24,461 nt of DNA from a virus (lineage: Duplodnaviria > Caudoviricetes). The translations under genes and the position numbers were made by a program. The DNA is taken from positions 1 to 24,461 of IMG/VR virus record IMGVR_UViG_3300025805_000013; one strand, written 5' to 3'. The notes under the pieces are model-generated. The model worked only from the letters and a program-made list of their open reading frames with translations. It was not told the origin of the DNA and did not search any database. Below, piece after piece: positions 1-9,352 of this stretch (positions are counted from its first letter, which is position 1; each line of letters begins with the position of its first letter).

Positions 1-95
1 TGAGCTTCTGGCGAATCAGTAGAAAAACCAACACCAGCTGCTTGATTAGCATAAATAGCGTCTATTATGTCCTGATTTAGTTCTTCGTCTGGCAT
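1..95 (-). CDS. 5' part of a virion-region protein, truncated by the window edge (MPDEELNQDIIDAIYANQAAGVGFSTDSPEA...)
   Basis: Read by hand: ATG at 95 after an A-rich leader, open to position 1, same orientation as the structural operon. Confidence 0.6.
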   Translation of the reverse strand, partial: MPDEELNQDIIDAIYANQAAGVGFSTDSPEA

Positions 96-168
96 ATCTT
101 TATTTTATTTTAATATTTAATATCTTTATCGCAAGCCGTTACAAAATGTAATGAGTTGAGGGAAAAGA

Positions 169-1965
169 TTATTTTTCAATAGCAAAGTAAGGAATTGTTA
201 AAATATCTACATAATTATTACCGCCATATGAACCTATGCCAAAAGCTATCCCGCTATTATCATTTGGCAAAGTAGTAGTTAAAGTTTGTTTTAAAATTCC
301 ATTAACATAAAATTTAGCATTAACCGCTGGGTTCCACTCAATCAGATAAGTATTAAGATTATTTATTCCCCCCACAATTCCAGTAATAGCCGCTGTAGTG
401 TGTCCCGTACTATTCGCTGTATTAGCGTATAAATTACCTAAAGCATCAACAGAAAATCTTACTAATTGTTGGTTAATACCATAATTAGTCCAGTCGCTAG
501 GTGTTGATGATCTACCAAGCCCCCAAGACATTTGTTCAGACCCAAACGAAGAAACTTTAACCCCAAATTCAACAATAACTGTTTTATCATCACTCCAATT
601 TAAAGTTGTTCCATCATCCTCTAAAAAAATCGCGTCTACAGTAATTAAAGCCCCACCAGAAGCGTTATTATCAACAAAAGAGCCTCTATATGACGGAGTT
701 AAGGTAGTAGAAGTCCAAATACCAGTTATTAAAGGAATGCTAAAATTGTAATATGTTTTTGCAGGGGTGGCGGATTTTATGCCATTAAATAAACTATAAT
801 CGTGGGTATGAAGCGTAGTCGCTTGACCATTTATCAAAGGGGCAGTTGAAGTAGCTCCTATAATCGTATTACTCGATAAGGTAGCTGTCTGTCCGTCGGC
901 GATTTGAAAATCTTTTGTTAAGTTGACATTACCATTAATAGTAGTCGTCGCCAAAGTAGTAGTAGCACTAAAAGTAGTAGTAGCACTATAAGTATGTAAA
1001 CCAGTCCAAGTATAATCTTCAGTTAAATCTATAAATAATTGATTTAATTTACCGTCCGATTCTGTAATTACAACAGTACTCGTAGCAACATAAGGAGTAG
1101 AAGTACCAAATTTAGCTGGAATAAATATTGGATCATCAATACCTAAATCAGTCCCTTCTGAAACTTGTAATTTAGTGGCTTCTCTTACAATACCAGCTAC
1201 ATCAGCCGTTGAAGTAGCAGCACCTTGATTAGCTATATTATCAGCATATTGCTTCGTAACAAATTGATAAGTAGTAGTAGCTGTACTTAAAGTTGAAGTT
1301 GCTACTGGGTATCTATCAAATACCCATAAACCGGTAATTTCTTGATCATTATCTTTAGCAGCAAATTGTTCAAATAATTGTGGTGGATCAGAAAATATTA
1401 CTTGTGAACCACCAGCGTGAGAAAATTGTAATGTTGAACTTGCTGTATAAGGAGTAACTGGTGATAAACCACGGATACAACTAGATAAAGTAGCAGTACC
1501 ACCAGAATTTTGAACCACTGTAGTACAAGAAACAATTTCTTGGCGTGATTTACTACCAGGTTCTAATGTTATATAAAAAGTATCAGACAAATCACTATCT
1601 TGAATCTTATAACCATTTTGAGGGATAGTTAAATTTTGTAAAGTTAAAGAAGTATCTGATGATGATAAGCCAGAACCTGCTAAATTATAAGTTGAGCCTG
1701 CTATGGGTTTAACTGAAGAACCAAGTTCTTGATTATTTAACTCTTCTTGACCTTGAATATAATTCAAAATTGCCATATTTTGATCAAAATTATCAAAAGG
1801 CTTATAATCACTTAAATTAGCTATAATACCTGCTCTTAGAGCCATTTCTGACCTCTCAGAGTGCGTTAAACCATACTCCCATAATTGTTTAGCTTGAACA
1901 CCACCTATAATAATCAAAATTGTTACTACAGATGCTATTAATGATTGTAAGATTATTTTTTTCAT
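169..1965 (-). CDS. Putative tail fibre/receptor-binding structural protein, 598 aa, with N-terminal signal peptide
   Basis: Position after tail tube-like genes; T/S/G-rich beta-type composition; probable lectin-like C-terminal domain (YLIEWNP...FYVNG); N-terminus MKKIILQSLIASVVTILIIIGGVQA. Confidence 0.6.
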   Translation of the reverse strand: MKKIILQSLIASVVTILIIIGGVQAKQLWEYGLTHSERSEMALRAGIIANLSDYKPFDNFDQNMAILNYIQGQEELNNQELGSSVKPIAGSTYNLAGSGLSSSDTSLTLQNLTIPQNGYKIQDSDLSDTFYITLEPGSKSRQEIVSCTTVVQNSGGTATLSSCIRGLSPVTPYTASSTLQFSHAGGSQVIFSDPPQLFEQFAAKDNDQEITGLWVFDRYPVATSTLSTATTTYQFVTKQYADNIANQGAATSTADVAGIVREATKLQVSEGTDLGIDDPIFIPAKFGTSTPYVATSTVVITESDGKLNQLFIDLTEDYTWTGLHTYSATTTFSATTTLATTTINGNVNLTKDFQIADGQTATLSSNTIIGATSTAPLINGQATTLHTHDYSLFNGIKSATPAKTYYNFSIPLITGIWTSTTLTPSYRGSFVDNNASGGALITVDAIFLEDDGTTLNWSDDKTVIVEFGVKVSSFGSEQMSWGLGRSSTPSDWTNYGINQQLVRFSVDALGNLYANTANSTGHTTAAITGIVGGINNLNTYLIEWNPAVNAKFYVNGILKQTLTTTLPNDNSGIAFGIGSYGGNNYVDILTIPYFAIEK

Positions 1966-2000
1966 ATTATTTTATATTAATTTATATTTATTTAAAGTAA

Positions 2001-3884
2001 CTATTTTTTCTTATTTATCGGTTTGCGTTTAGATATTTGATAATTCGCACCGTGGTATAATATTGCCCAATATCTATCTACATTATTAGTTGAAAAAATA
2101 GGCGATATTTCAAAAAAATCTTCTTTAGCTACTTCCAATATAGCTGAAAATCTACGAGCATTTTCTGGTGGATTTAATAAACCACCTAAAGGATTAATAG
2201 CTAATGATTGTTGAGCCAATGAATTAAAACCTATATTACCTTCTAAAATATCTTCATCACTACCATTAATAGTTAATTCAATAGATTGAATATAACCACC
2301 ATAATCATAATCTAAAGTACATATTAAATCAGTAGTATTGGGAGTTATTTCTCCTTTAACATAGTATTCATCAAAATTTTTTAAATTAGCTGGTTTTTTA
2401 AAATTATTATAAGCAAATACTGCTTTAGCATCTATAGGCAGTTTGTTAGCAACGGGCATATTGTAATATTGTCCATCACTTTGCCCATAAAACATTAAAT
2501 AAGTTTCAGGTACAGCATTAGAATGACCGTATAATTGTTCACCCTTGCCATCACCAACATCAAACGCAGTCATTGCCCCTACTGGTAAAACTGATGGTGG
2601 ATTCCAATAACGTTTTAATTTGCCATTAGCATCTTCAATGTAATTTAACATATAAACGTGTGAGGTTTGTGGGACTGATATTAAAATCATATTCTTGTAC
2701 CAAGATATATAAACATCAGGTATAGTTCCATTATACCAATCTTCAGCATCAAAATCTGGTTTAATTGGATTAGAAAGTGTTTTAGGATTAAGTCCAGCTA
2801 GATTATCAGGATTACTTACAATTCTTAAAGCTACTTCATTAGATAAGTAAGCAACAGAATCACCAATTTCTAAAACTGCTTCTTGCGATAATGCTCCTTG
2901 ATTCTCACCAGTATCTAATTTTTTAATTTTTAAAGTCTCTGCTAAAGTGGTAGTAATTGCTACTTGTTCAAACTCTACTTTAAATGCCGTAGAATTGCCT
3001 GAAAATATTGTTAAAATAGAACCTATTGATGCTATAGCACGAGTTGGATCTGATAAAGTAAGCAAAGCTCCTTCACCAGATACTCTTGGTGAACTAAATG
3101 TATAATCTGTAAAATTATCATTTGCTGATATATAAACCTCTTCATCGTCATTGCTACCAACTACTGCTTGGTTTTCAAATACATAAATAGTATCATTATT
3201 TCTATCAGCTGATGGTGTATTGCTATTAGTTACTATTTTTTGAACCAATATATCACCAGCAATCATACCATCGGTAATAGGTGAACCAGTAACTCCAGTC
3301 AAGGTAGTGGTATCAACACCAGCAGTATAAGCAAATTCAGTTCCAGTCCTAACATTAACTAAAGTCATATCACGAGTAGCATAAAAACGATTTTGACCAA
3401 AAGTACTAGTACCTGCTTTAGTAATAGTATCAACAGTTACACTACCAACTACTGCTACAGCCCCACTCCATTCATAAATATTATCATCACCTATGACTAT
3501 TAAAAAAAGATCTATATTTTCAGTAGTATCAAACCAAGTGGTTGCTCTCATTAATTCAGTAGTTGACCAACCATTAGATACTCTAGTCCAAGCATTAATT
3601 TCTATGGTGTCAACAGTTCCTAGGTATATTTCTAATTCATCATCATAGAATCTAAGAGGTGCTTTAAAACCAGTAGATGTATTCCAAGACCAAGCATTTC
3701 TAATTTGTGTAAGTGAAGCATTAGCGTCTCCCAATCTATAATAACCAGATCTTATTTTAACTTTATTTTGGTAATCTATTAAAACATTTTTACTACCATC
3801 AATTAGTAAACGATTATCTGTTATAGATGGATCTGTTGATGTTTGATAACCAAGTGTTTCTTCAGCTAATGAAAAATTATTCAT
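2001..3884 (-). CDS. Putative tail tubular B/DNA-stabilisation-like protein (P22 gp10/T7 gp12-like), 627 aa
   Basis: Size, beta-propeller-like composition and position directly after the adaptor-like gene; assigned from synteny. Confidence 0.55.
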   Translation of the reverse strand: MNNFSLAEETLGYQTSTDPSITDNRLLIDGSKNVLIDYQNKVKIRSGYYRLGDANASLTQIRNAWSWNTSTGFKAPLRFYDDELEIYLGTVDTIEINAWTRVSNGWSTTELMRATTWFDTTENIDLFLIVIGDDNIYEWSGAVAVVGSVTVDTITKAGTSTFGQNRFYATRDMTLVNVRTGTEFAYTAGVDTTTLTGVTGSPITDGMIAGDILVQKIVTNSNTPSADRNNDTIYVFENQAVVGSNDDEEVYISANDNFTDYTFSSPRVSGEGALLTLSDPTRAIASIGSILTIFSGNSTAFKVEFEQVAITTTLAETLKIKKLDTGENQGALSQEAVLEIGDSVAYLSNEVALRIVSNPDNLAGLNPKTLSNPIKPDFDAEDWYNGTIPDVYISWYKNMILISVPQTSHVYMLNYIEDANGKLKRYWNPPSVLPVGAMTAFDVGDGKGEQLYGHSNAVPETYLMFYGQSDGQYYNMPVANKLPIDAKAVFAYNNFKKPANLKNFDEYYVKGEITPNTTDLICTLDYDYGGYIQSIELTINGSDEDILEGNIGFNSLAQQSLAINPLGGLLNPPENARRFSAILEVAKEDFFEISPIFSTNNVDRYWAILYHGANYQISKRKPINKKK

Positions 3885-3886
3885 AA

Positions 3887-5086
3887 TTAATGTAAATAAC
3901 TATTACTAAAAGGGGACGAACCATATTTAGAAATTGCTTTTTTACTCATTGTTGGATTCTCTGCTTTATATTTTTTATATAATCCGGGCTTAGTTCCAAC
4001 TCCATATAACTCTTTTTCAGCCCAATTTATATCAAAACTACTATCTTCACCTTCCATTTGATGAGCACAAGCTATTAAAGATTCAAGTAAAAATATTTGA
4101 ATAGCGTCATTATCAAGCAAAACAGTTATAGCATTATTGGTTGGTCTTGAAAGATATGTACCAGCAGTATTTCTAAATATATACTTTGAATAATATTTTA
4201 TATCAAATGCTCTACCAATATTAAAAATTAAATTATCAATTCTAATGTTAGATATAGCAGCATCTACATCAAATGTAATGCTAGCACTATCTATAATTGC
4301 TGGATCAACTGTTCCAGTTTCTGTTGCTGTTGACCAAGGTGTCTTAATTAAATTCCAACCTACTTTAAAAGTAGAGCCGTCTGCTTGAGTAGTTTGTGCT
4401 ACACCTATCCAATAAGCAGTAGTTAAATCATTACCCCATATAATAGAAGCTGAGTTTATATTGGCAAGATCAATAGTATCCTTGATATAAAACCATAAAA
4501 ATATATCAGCATTCTCATCTTCATTAGTCATATCAACAGCAGTTAAGGTAGTATTTTGTATTCCATCACCACTTGCTGCCAAATCAACCTTAATTGAACC
4601 ACCACCAGAATGATAAATGATAGTATCTTGCTCTACATTTGATGCTGTTCCAACCGCTGACCAAGTACCATTATCATCTACATCATTTAAAGTACTCAAA
4701 ACTTTACCAGCTCTACTACGCCAGTTAATACGTATAATCTTACTGCCTTCACTTCCTTCAATAGATACTTTTTTATCTCTTATAGATTTTTGTAAATCAA
4801 AATAGTTAGCTACAATACGTTGTGCCGAATCACTTATTTCTCTTTCATCTTGAGGCATTAAATCTATAATTTTTTTATAATCAGAAGGTAAAGAATAGGT
4901 ATAAATATCATCATAAATAGTACTATCTAAACCTTTAGTTCTAATAGTATCTACTGGATCTAATTTAGATAACATTGTATTAGCTACTCGTTCAAATAAA
5001 TATTCAATATTACGAACCTTATTCAAAGTTCTACCGTGTAACATCCCAATTAAGTTATCCTTAACTTCTATGATTGTTAGACTCAT
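3887..5086 (-). CDS. Putative head-tail adaptor (tail tubular A-like) with a central beta-rich insertion, 399 aa
   Basis: YSLPSDYKKIIDL resembles adaptor proteins; start moved to ATG 5086 (MSLTII), 1 nt after the upstream stop codon. Confidence 0.5.
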   Translation of the reverse strand: MSLTIIEVKDNLIGMLHGRTLNKVRNIEYLFERVANTMLSKLDPVDTIRTKGLDSTIYDDIYTYSLPSDYKKIIDLMPQDEREISDSAQRIVANYFDLQKSIRDKKVSIEGSEGSKIIRINWRSRAGKVLSTLNDVDDNGTWSAVGTASNVEQDTIIYHSGGGSIKVDLAASGDGIQNTTLTAVDMTNEDENADIFLWFYIKDTIDLANINSASIIWGNDLTTAYWIGVAQTTQADGSTFKVGWNLIKTPWSTATETGTVDPAIIDSASITFDVDAAISNIRIDNLIFNIGRAFDIKYYSKYIFRNTAGTYLSRPTNNAITVLLDNDAIQIFLLESLIACAHQMEGEDSSFDINWAEKELYGVGTKPGLYKKYKAENPTMSKKAISKYGSSPFSNSYLH

Positions 5087-5087
5087 T

Positions 5088-5519
5088 TTATTTGTAATTA
5101 ACAATTATTGTAGCAGCGGCTGTGCTACTTGCATAAATATGACCATAAATCATATTATTTGGTGATATTTCAAAAGTAGAAATAGGAGCACCAGCTTTTT
5201 TAGCTTCAAGTAAAATGCCATCAGTATTAGCAAGAGGTAATGATGTAAGTGCCGTAGTAGTTGCATATAACCAAATATCAACGGCAGTATTATTCTGAAA
5301 TAATGCATAACGTCTGTTAGCATCTAATGTTAAGACTTTAACAGGATTGATAGCTGATGTTGAAGTGGCTAAACTTGTTAAGTCGTCAATAGTATTAAAA
5401 CGAGATTCTTGACCGCCACCAAGTTGATTAACTGCGTCATCGGTTCTACTCATTGAAAATACTATCAAAATTATAAGTACTATTAAAAGTACTGATGATG
5501 TAATGATTAATCTTTTCAT
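5088..5519 (-). CDS. Hypothetical structural-region protein with N-terminal signal/TM helix, 143 aa
   Basis: ORF; MKR plus a hydrophobic stretch, followed by a small beta-sandwich-like region. Confidence 0.7.
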   Translation of the reverse strand: MKRLIITSSVLLIVLIILIVFSMSRTDDAVNQLGGGQESRFNTIDDLTSLATSTSAINPVKVLTLDANRRYALFQNNTAVDIWLYATTTALTSLPLANTDGILLEAKKAGAPISTFEISPNNMIYGHIYASSTAAATIIVNYK

Positions 5520-5547
5520 AATTTTATTATTATATTATTAAATAATC

Positions 5548-5586
5548 TATTCTGACCCCCCAACAAGTGAGGAGTCATAAAGAATA
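5548..5586 (-). terminator. Stem-loop downstream of the 216-aa gene (terminator or processing site)
   Basis: Minus strand TATTCT..GACTCCTCA-CTTGT-TGGGGGGTC-AGAATA with G-U pairs; weak U tract. Confidence 0.45.
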
Positions 5587-5587
5587 T

Positions 5588-6238
5588 CTATTGACCAAAC
5601 GTTATTATGTTTACTAGAAAATCAGTAGTAGCTGTTCTTATAAACCTAAGCATAGCACCAGCTCCTTCATTAATTATTAATGTAGTAGATGCATTCTGAA
5701 AATTCATACCAGCTCCTTGTGCTAAAGTTAAAGCATAAGTAGTAGTTGTAGAATTTTGAATCATTACATCTTTTACATCACCAGCCGTTGGAGCAAAAGT
5801 ACTAAGAGTTGAACTAGCAGGGAATGTTAATGTTGTAGCAGTAGTAGCAGCTAATGTAGGAGCTACTAAAATCACATTTTCTGTGTCAAATTCAGCTGCT
5901 GTAAGAACAGCAGCAGCACCGGTAGTTGTAGAAGTAATACCACCACCTTGAGTGAAATTACCAACTATCGCAGCTCCAGTTATAGTTAAGGTTGTACCTC
6001 TGACTTCACCAGCTGATGGTGATGTAGAATCAACACTAATTCCATTAGGAAACCTTGTGCCAGAAGCACCAAGCATCCCCGTATCTAATGTATTTGGATC
6101 TGTATTATAGATATTCACGGTATCCGCACCTTCAAATACAGTGTTAGCACTACCTGAATAAGCGTAACCTATATAACCAACCAACATTATCATAGACAAC
6201 ACGAATACCGATACAATAATTTTTCCATACTTATCCAT
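5588..6238 (-). CDS. Hypothetical structural protein after the capsid gene, with N-terminal signal/TM helix, 216 aa
   Basis: ORF immediately downstream of MCP; T/A/G-rich; hydrophobic N-terminus ending AYS. Confidence 0.7.
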   Translation of the reverse strand: MDKYGKIIVSVFVLSMIMLVGYIGYAYSGSANTVFEGADTVNIYNTDPNTLDTGMLGASGTRFPNGISVDSTSPSAGEVRGTTLTITGAAIVGNFTQGGGITSTTTGAAAVLTAAEFDTENVILVAPTLAATTATTLTFPASSTLSTFAPTAGDVKDVMIQNSTTTTYALTLAQGAGMNFQNASTTLIINEGAGAMLRFIRTATTDFLVNIITFGQ

Positions 6239-6258
6239 AAGTATATTTGATTAGTTTA

Positions 6259-7174
6259 TTAAGTAGTACCATTAGAACCTATATAACCAGTCCAAGAACC
6301 AGGAAATACTGTTTCGTTGTATTTAGCTTTTAAGTTCCAACTATCATTATCTGAATATTTTGGTTCAATCATATCAGTTGTTAAACCATAGAATACTTTT
6401 CTTGTAATCATGTGGCTATCAGATATTAAATGAAATGATGTATTTGCGTTTGTAGCTGTATTATAAGTTGAGCCTAAGAAAATAGAAGCTCTAATTTGTA
6501 CCTGACCATAATCTGTCTCAAAAATATTTAGATTATTTTCAGCACTATCAGCTATTAAGCTTGAATCTTGTACTTCCTTAGCTGTCTTATAAAGTAGGAA
6601 TGGGATTAATATTCCACTATAAACGTATGAACCTGCTTCACCATCTTGAGCTTTTTGATTTGCTAAAGAAGTTGTAGCTGTCCATAAATTATCGGGAGTC
6701 AATGAACCTGTTTCTAGGTTATCAACTGTATATCCTGTTAAAGTTGTATGACTATTAGAAGCTAATGCTTGGCCATCTGGTGTAGTATTAATACTACCTG
6801 AGAAGGCATCACCATAAGTTTCTAAAATAGCCTCTTTGTCTTGTGTAAGTCTGGCTCTGTCGCCAACTTGTTCACCGATTTTAACTCTTTTGCCGACTTG
6901 ATCAGCTCTAAATGCTTCATCAGAAATAGGAATTAATTTCGTATATTTCTGTGATGCTTTAGTTTTTGTATTGCCAATCCAAGTATCAGAAGCAAGAATT
7001 TCTTCTTGTTCTGCTGTTTTATCAAAGCTACCAACATTAGAATCTTCATCCCAGATGAAAGCTAATGTATCAGTATTACCTTGCTTGAAAAACATTGGAT
7101 CACTTGCTGATAAATATTGAGGCTGCATTGTTCTTTCATATCTTTCATACATTACAGTGTCAATAGCAGTTTGA
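6259..7174 (-). CDS. Major capsid protein, exon 2 (spliced product 319 aa: MQTGGFTGALSKDAV-QTAIDTVMYERYER...)
   Basis: HK97-fold/Mu gpT-like capsid features (ISDEAFRADQ, PDGQALASNSH, C-terminal WTGYIGSNG); frame stays open 22 nt upstream of the called ATG to the intron's terminal G. Confidence 0.85.
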
Positions 7175-7416
7175 CTTTTTGTTACTTAGTACTTATAAAA
7201 AGTGCTATGGATAGGTCATTTCTGCCTATCTCTACCGTTTCATTTTGTTATAGCGGTAGGTCGGACTATTACTTCATCCTTCTATAAGGAGCTTTCTCAT
7301 TTAGTCTCTGCAACTGCCTTTCGGCTTGTTGAGCGTTGTCCACTTCTGGGTTTTCGCCATTAATTAGAGAAAGTTTGTTCATCCATATTACTATGGAGTG
7401 CAGCTCAAACTATTTA
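7175..7416 (-). ncRNA. Group I self-splicing intron, 242 nt, no internal ORF
   Basis: 5' exon ends in U with P1 UGCGGU/GCUGCA (U-G pair); P10 AGUUUGA/UCAAACU; P3 UUUCUC/GAGAAA; P7 GACUA/UAGUC within GCAGAGACUAAAUG and GAAGUAAUAGUCC; P8 UCCUU/AAGGA; GNRA loops; ends in G; removal restores the frame. Confidence 0.93.
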
Positions 7417-7460
7417 ACCGCATCTTTACTAAGAGCACCTGTAAAACCACCAGTTTGCAT
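7417..7460 (-). CDS. Major capsid protein, exon 1 (44 nt)
   Basis: ATG at 7460, 20 nt after the upstream stop; MQTGGFTGALSKDA plus GT joins in frame to exon 2. Confidence 0.88.
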
Positions 7461-7480
7461 AATTTTTTTTAATTAGTTTA

Positions 7481-8017
7481 TTAAGTAATATAATCGTTAT
7501 CAATACGATAGGCTAATGGATCAACCAATAAATCTAGTGTACCAGCAGCAGCGTCACCTTCCAAAATTTGGAATAAGTCAGTGTCTTGTCCAGCAGTATC
7601 TTTAACGGTATAAAGTTCTCCACCATCTGCTGCGCCAGTTGCGTCATAATCTATTCTGGTTACATCACCAATAAGTGCTAAAATCTCAGCATCTGTATCA
7701 ACATTACCTGAAGTTTCAGCTTTACCTCTAATCCTACCAGCATAAGGAATTGGATTAGTAGTAACTACTGTTTGAGCAATTAGTGTACCAGTAGTTAGCG
7801 GTAAACATCTTTTAATCGCAATTCCACCAAAATAATTAGTACCATTAGTTACAAAATCAGCAGCGGCAAGTACGTAAGTATTAGCTGAAGCAACACCACT
7901 GCTTAGAGTGGCTGCACTGTACAATGGTTCACCAATTTCAAATCTTGTAGCAGAAGCGGCAACACGTCTTGGTAAAGATACCTGTGGACCTCTTACTTGT
8001 AAATCACCTTGTGCCAT
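7481..8017 (-). CDS. Putative capsid decoration/cement protein, 178 aa
   Basis: Between scaffold and MCP; A/G/T-rich beta composition. Confidence 0.55.
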   Translation of the reverse strand: MAQGDLQVRGPQVSLPRRVAASATRFEIGEPLYSAATLSSGVASANTYVLAAADFVTNGTNYFGGIAIKRCLPLTTGTLIAQTVVTTNPIPYAGRIRGKAETSGNVDTDAEILALIGDVTRIDYDATGAADGGELYTVKDTAGQDTDLFQILEGDAAAGTLDLLVDPLAYRIDNDYIT

Positions 8018-8133
8018 ATATTTTTTGTTATACCAAAAGACATTAAGTCTTTTAGGTTTTGTTGATTAACGTCGTCCTTATTAAGATTAAATCTATTTAA
8101 AGACTTTGCTTTTTTTTAAAGCGTTGTTATTGA

Positions 8134-8874
8134 TTATGATCTGGCTTGAGATAAGCCTTCTACTAATACTTTACCGGTAGCTGGATCTCTATACATTACA
8201 GTACCATTAGGCAATTTCTTTTCATGCCTTTTAGTATTGTAATTGTAAACAAATCCTCCGGATAAGAGTACGGATTTAACATCAGGAGCTAATTGAGGTT
8301 CTTTGCCTTTTGGTTCTTCTTGATAAGTCCCAGAAGAATCTCTATTAACTCTTTCCTTACCACTTAAAGCTCTTAAAGCTTCATTTCGCTCAGAAAGTAG
8401 CTTTTTTTTATTAACGATTACATAGATTTCTTCAATCTGTTCATTTATAGACATTCCTTGAGGAAATGTTCTACCTTTCCATTTCTCGATAATAAGTTCT
8501 TTTTCGGCAGGTTCAGAAGCAAATTGTTCAGCTAATGAATTAGCTTGATTTTCTAAGATTAGTTTAGCAATCTTTTGATTTTCTTCTTGAATCATAGAGG
8601 CTACTTCTTCTTTGCTTAGACTTTTAATTTCTTCCTCTTCTTCCTCTTTTTCCTCTTCTTCGTAATCTTCACGTTTAACTTTAAAGCGTTTTTTGGCTAA
8701 AGCCTCTTCAGCTTTTCTGCGAGCTTCTTGAGCTATTTTAAGCTCAGCTTCATAATCTATTTTGTCAGTGGACAAATCCTTTGGAAGTTCTTCTGTTGGA
8801 ATACCTCCTTCAGCCTCTGGCGTGGCATCTACTATTTCAGGTTCAGTAGTCAAACCTTCTTCTTTTTTAGTCAT
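8134..8874 (-). CDS. Putative capsid scaffolding protein, 246 aa
   Basis: Acidic, coiled-coil-rich protein between portal and capsid genes; GGAG upstream. Confidence 0.7.
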   Translation of the reverse strand: MTKKEEGLTTEPEIVDATPEAEGGIPTEELPKDLSTDKIDYEAELKIAQEARRKAEEALAKKRFKVKREDYEEEEKEEEEEEIKSLSKEEVASMIQEENQKIAKLILENQANSLAEQFASEPAEKELIIEKWKGRTFPQGMSINEQIEEIYVIVNKKKLLSERNEALRALSGKERVNRDSSGTYQEEPKGKEPQLAPDVKSVLLSGGFVYNYNTKRHEKKLPNGTVMYRDPATGKVLVEGLSQARS

Positions 8875-8935
8875 ATAGACATCTCCAGATTAGCCCATTT
8901 GATAAGTTTAGGAGTATAAACTTTGAGCATCAGGC

Positions 8936-9352
8936 CTAGCCTGTATTATATTTTCCAAATCCCTTTTGTATTGATTTAAGTCTAGTATTAATACAATCAA
9001 AGACGAAAGTCCAAGATTTGCCCATAATAAGATCTAAATCATTGCGAGAAAGGATAAACATTTGTTTATTAGCTTGATATTTAACGTCAGCTTGTAATAT
9101 CTTCCATAACTTAGAAGTTAATAAAGTCTGACTTTCAGCTATAAGTAAATCTTTTTCGGCTTGTAATAATTCTCTATCCATAAATCTCCATACACCATTT
9201 TTTTCTTTTAGAATATCATCTGCCGATATAGTATTAAAGAGCTTCTTAATGCTTTCTGTTAATATCAAGTGCTTTTCTTCTTTATCTAAACTTGATAAAA
9301 TCTCTTCTAAATTATTATAACCGCCTAATTTTGTAATTAACCATTGTTTCAT
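8936..9352 (-). CDS. Hypothetical protein, 138 aa
   Basis: ORF translationally coupled to the upstream gene within the head operon; the track's start at 9352 is a non-ATG codon, so the exact start is uncertain. Confidence 0.7.
   Translation of the reverse strand: MKQWLITKLGGYNNLEEILSSLDKEEKHLILTESIKKLFNTISADDILKEKNGVWRFMDRELLQAEKDLLIAESQTLLTSKLWKILQADVKYQANKQMFILSRNDLDLIMGKSWTFVFDCINTRLKSIQKGFGKYNTG

Noticed and set aside
7153-7480. Gap before MCP as a plain intergenic region, tRNA or riboswitch
   Set aside because: Fully explained by exon 1, the group I intron core and the start of exon 2.
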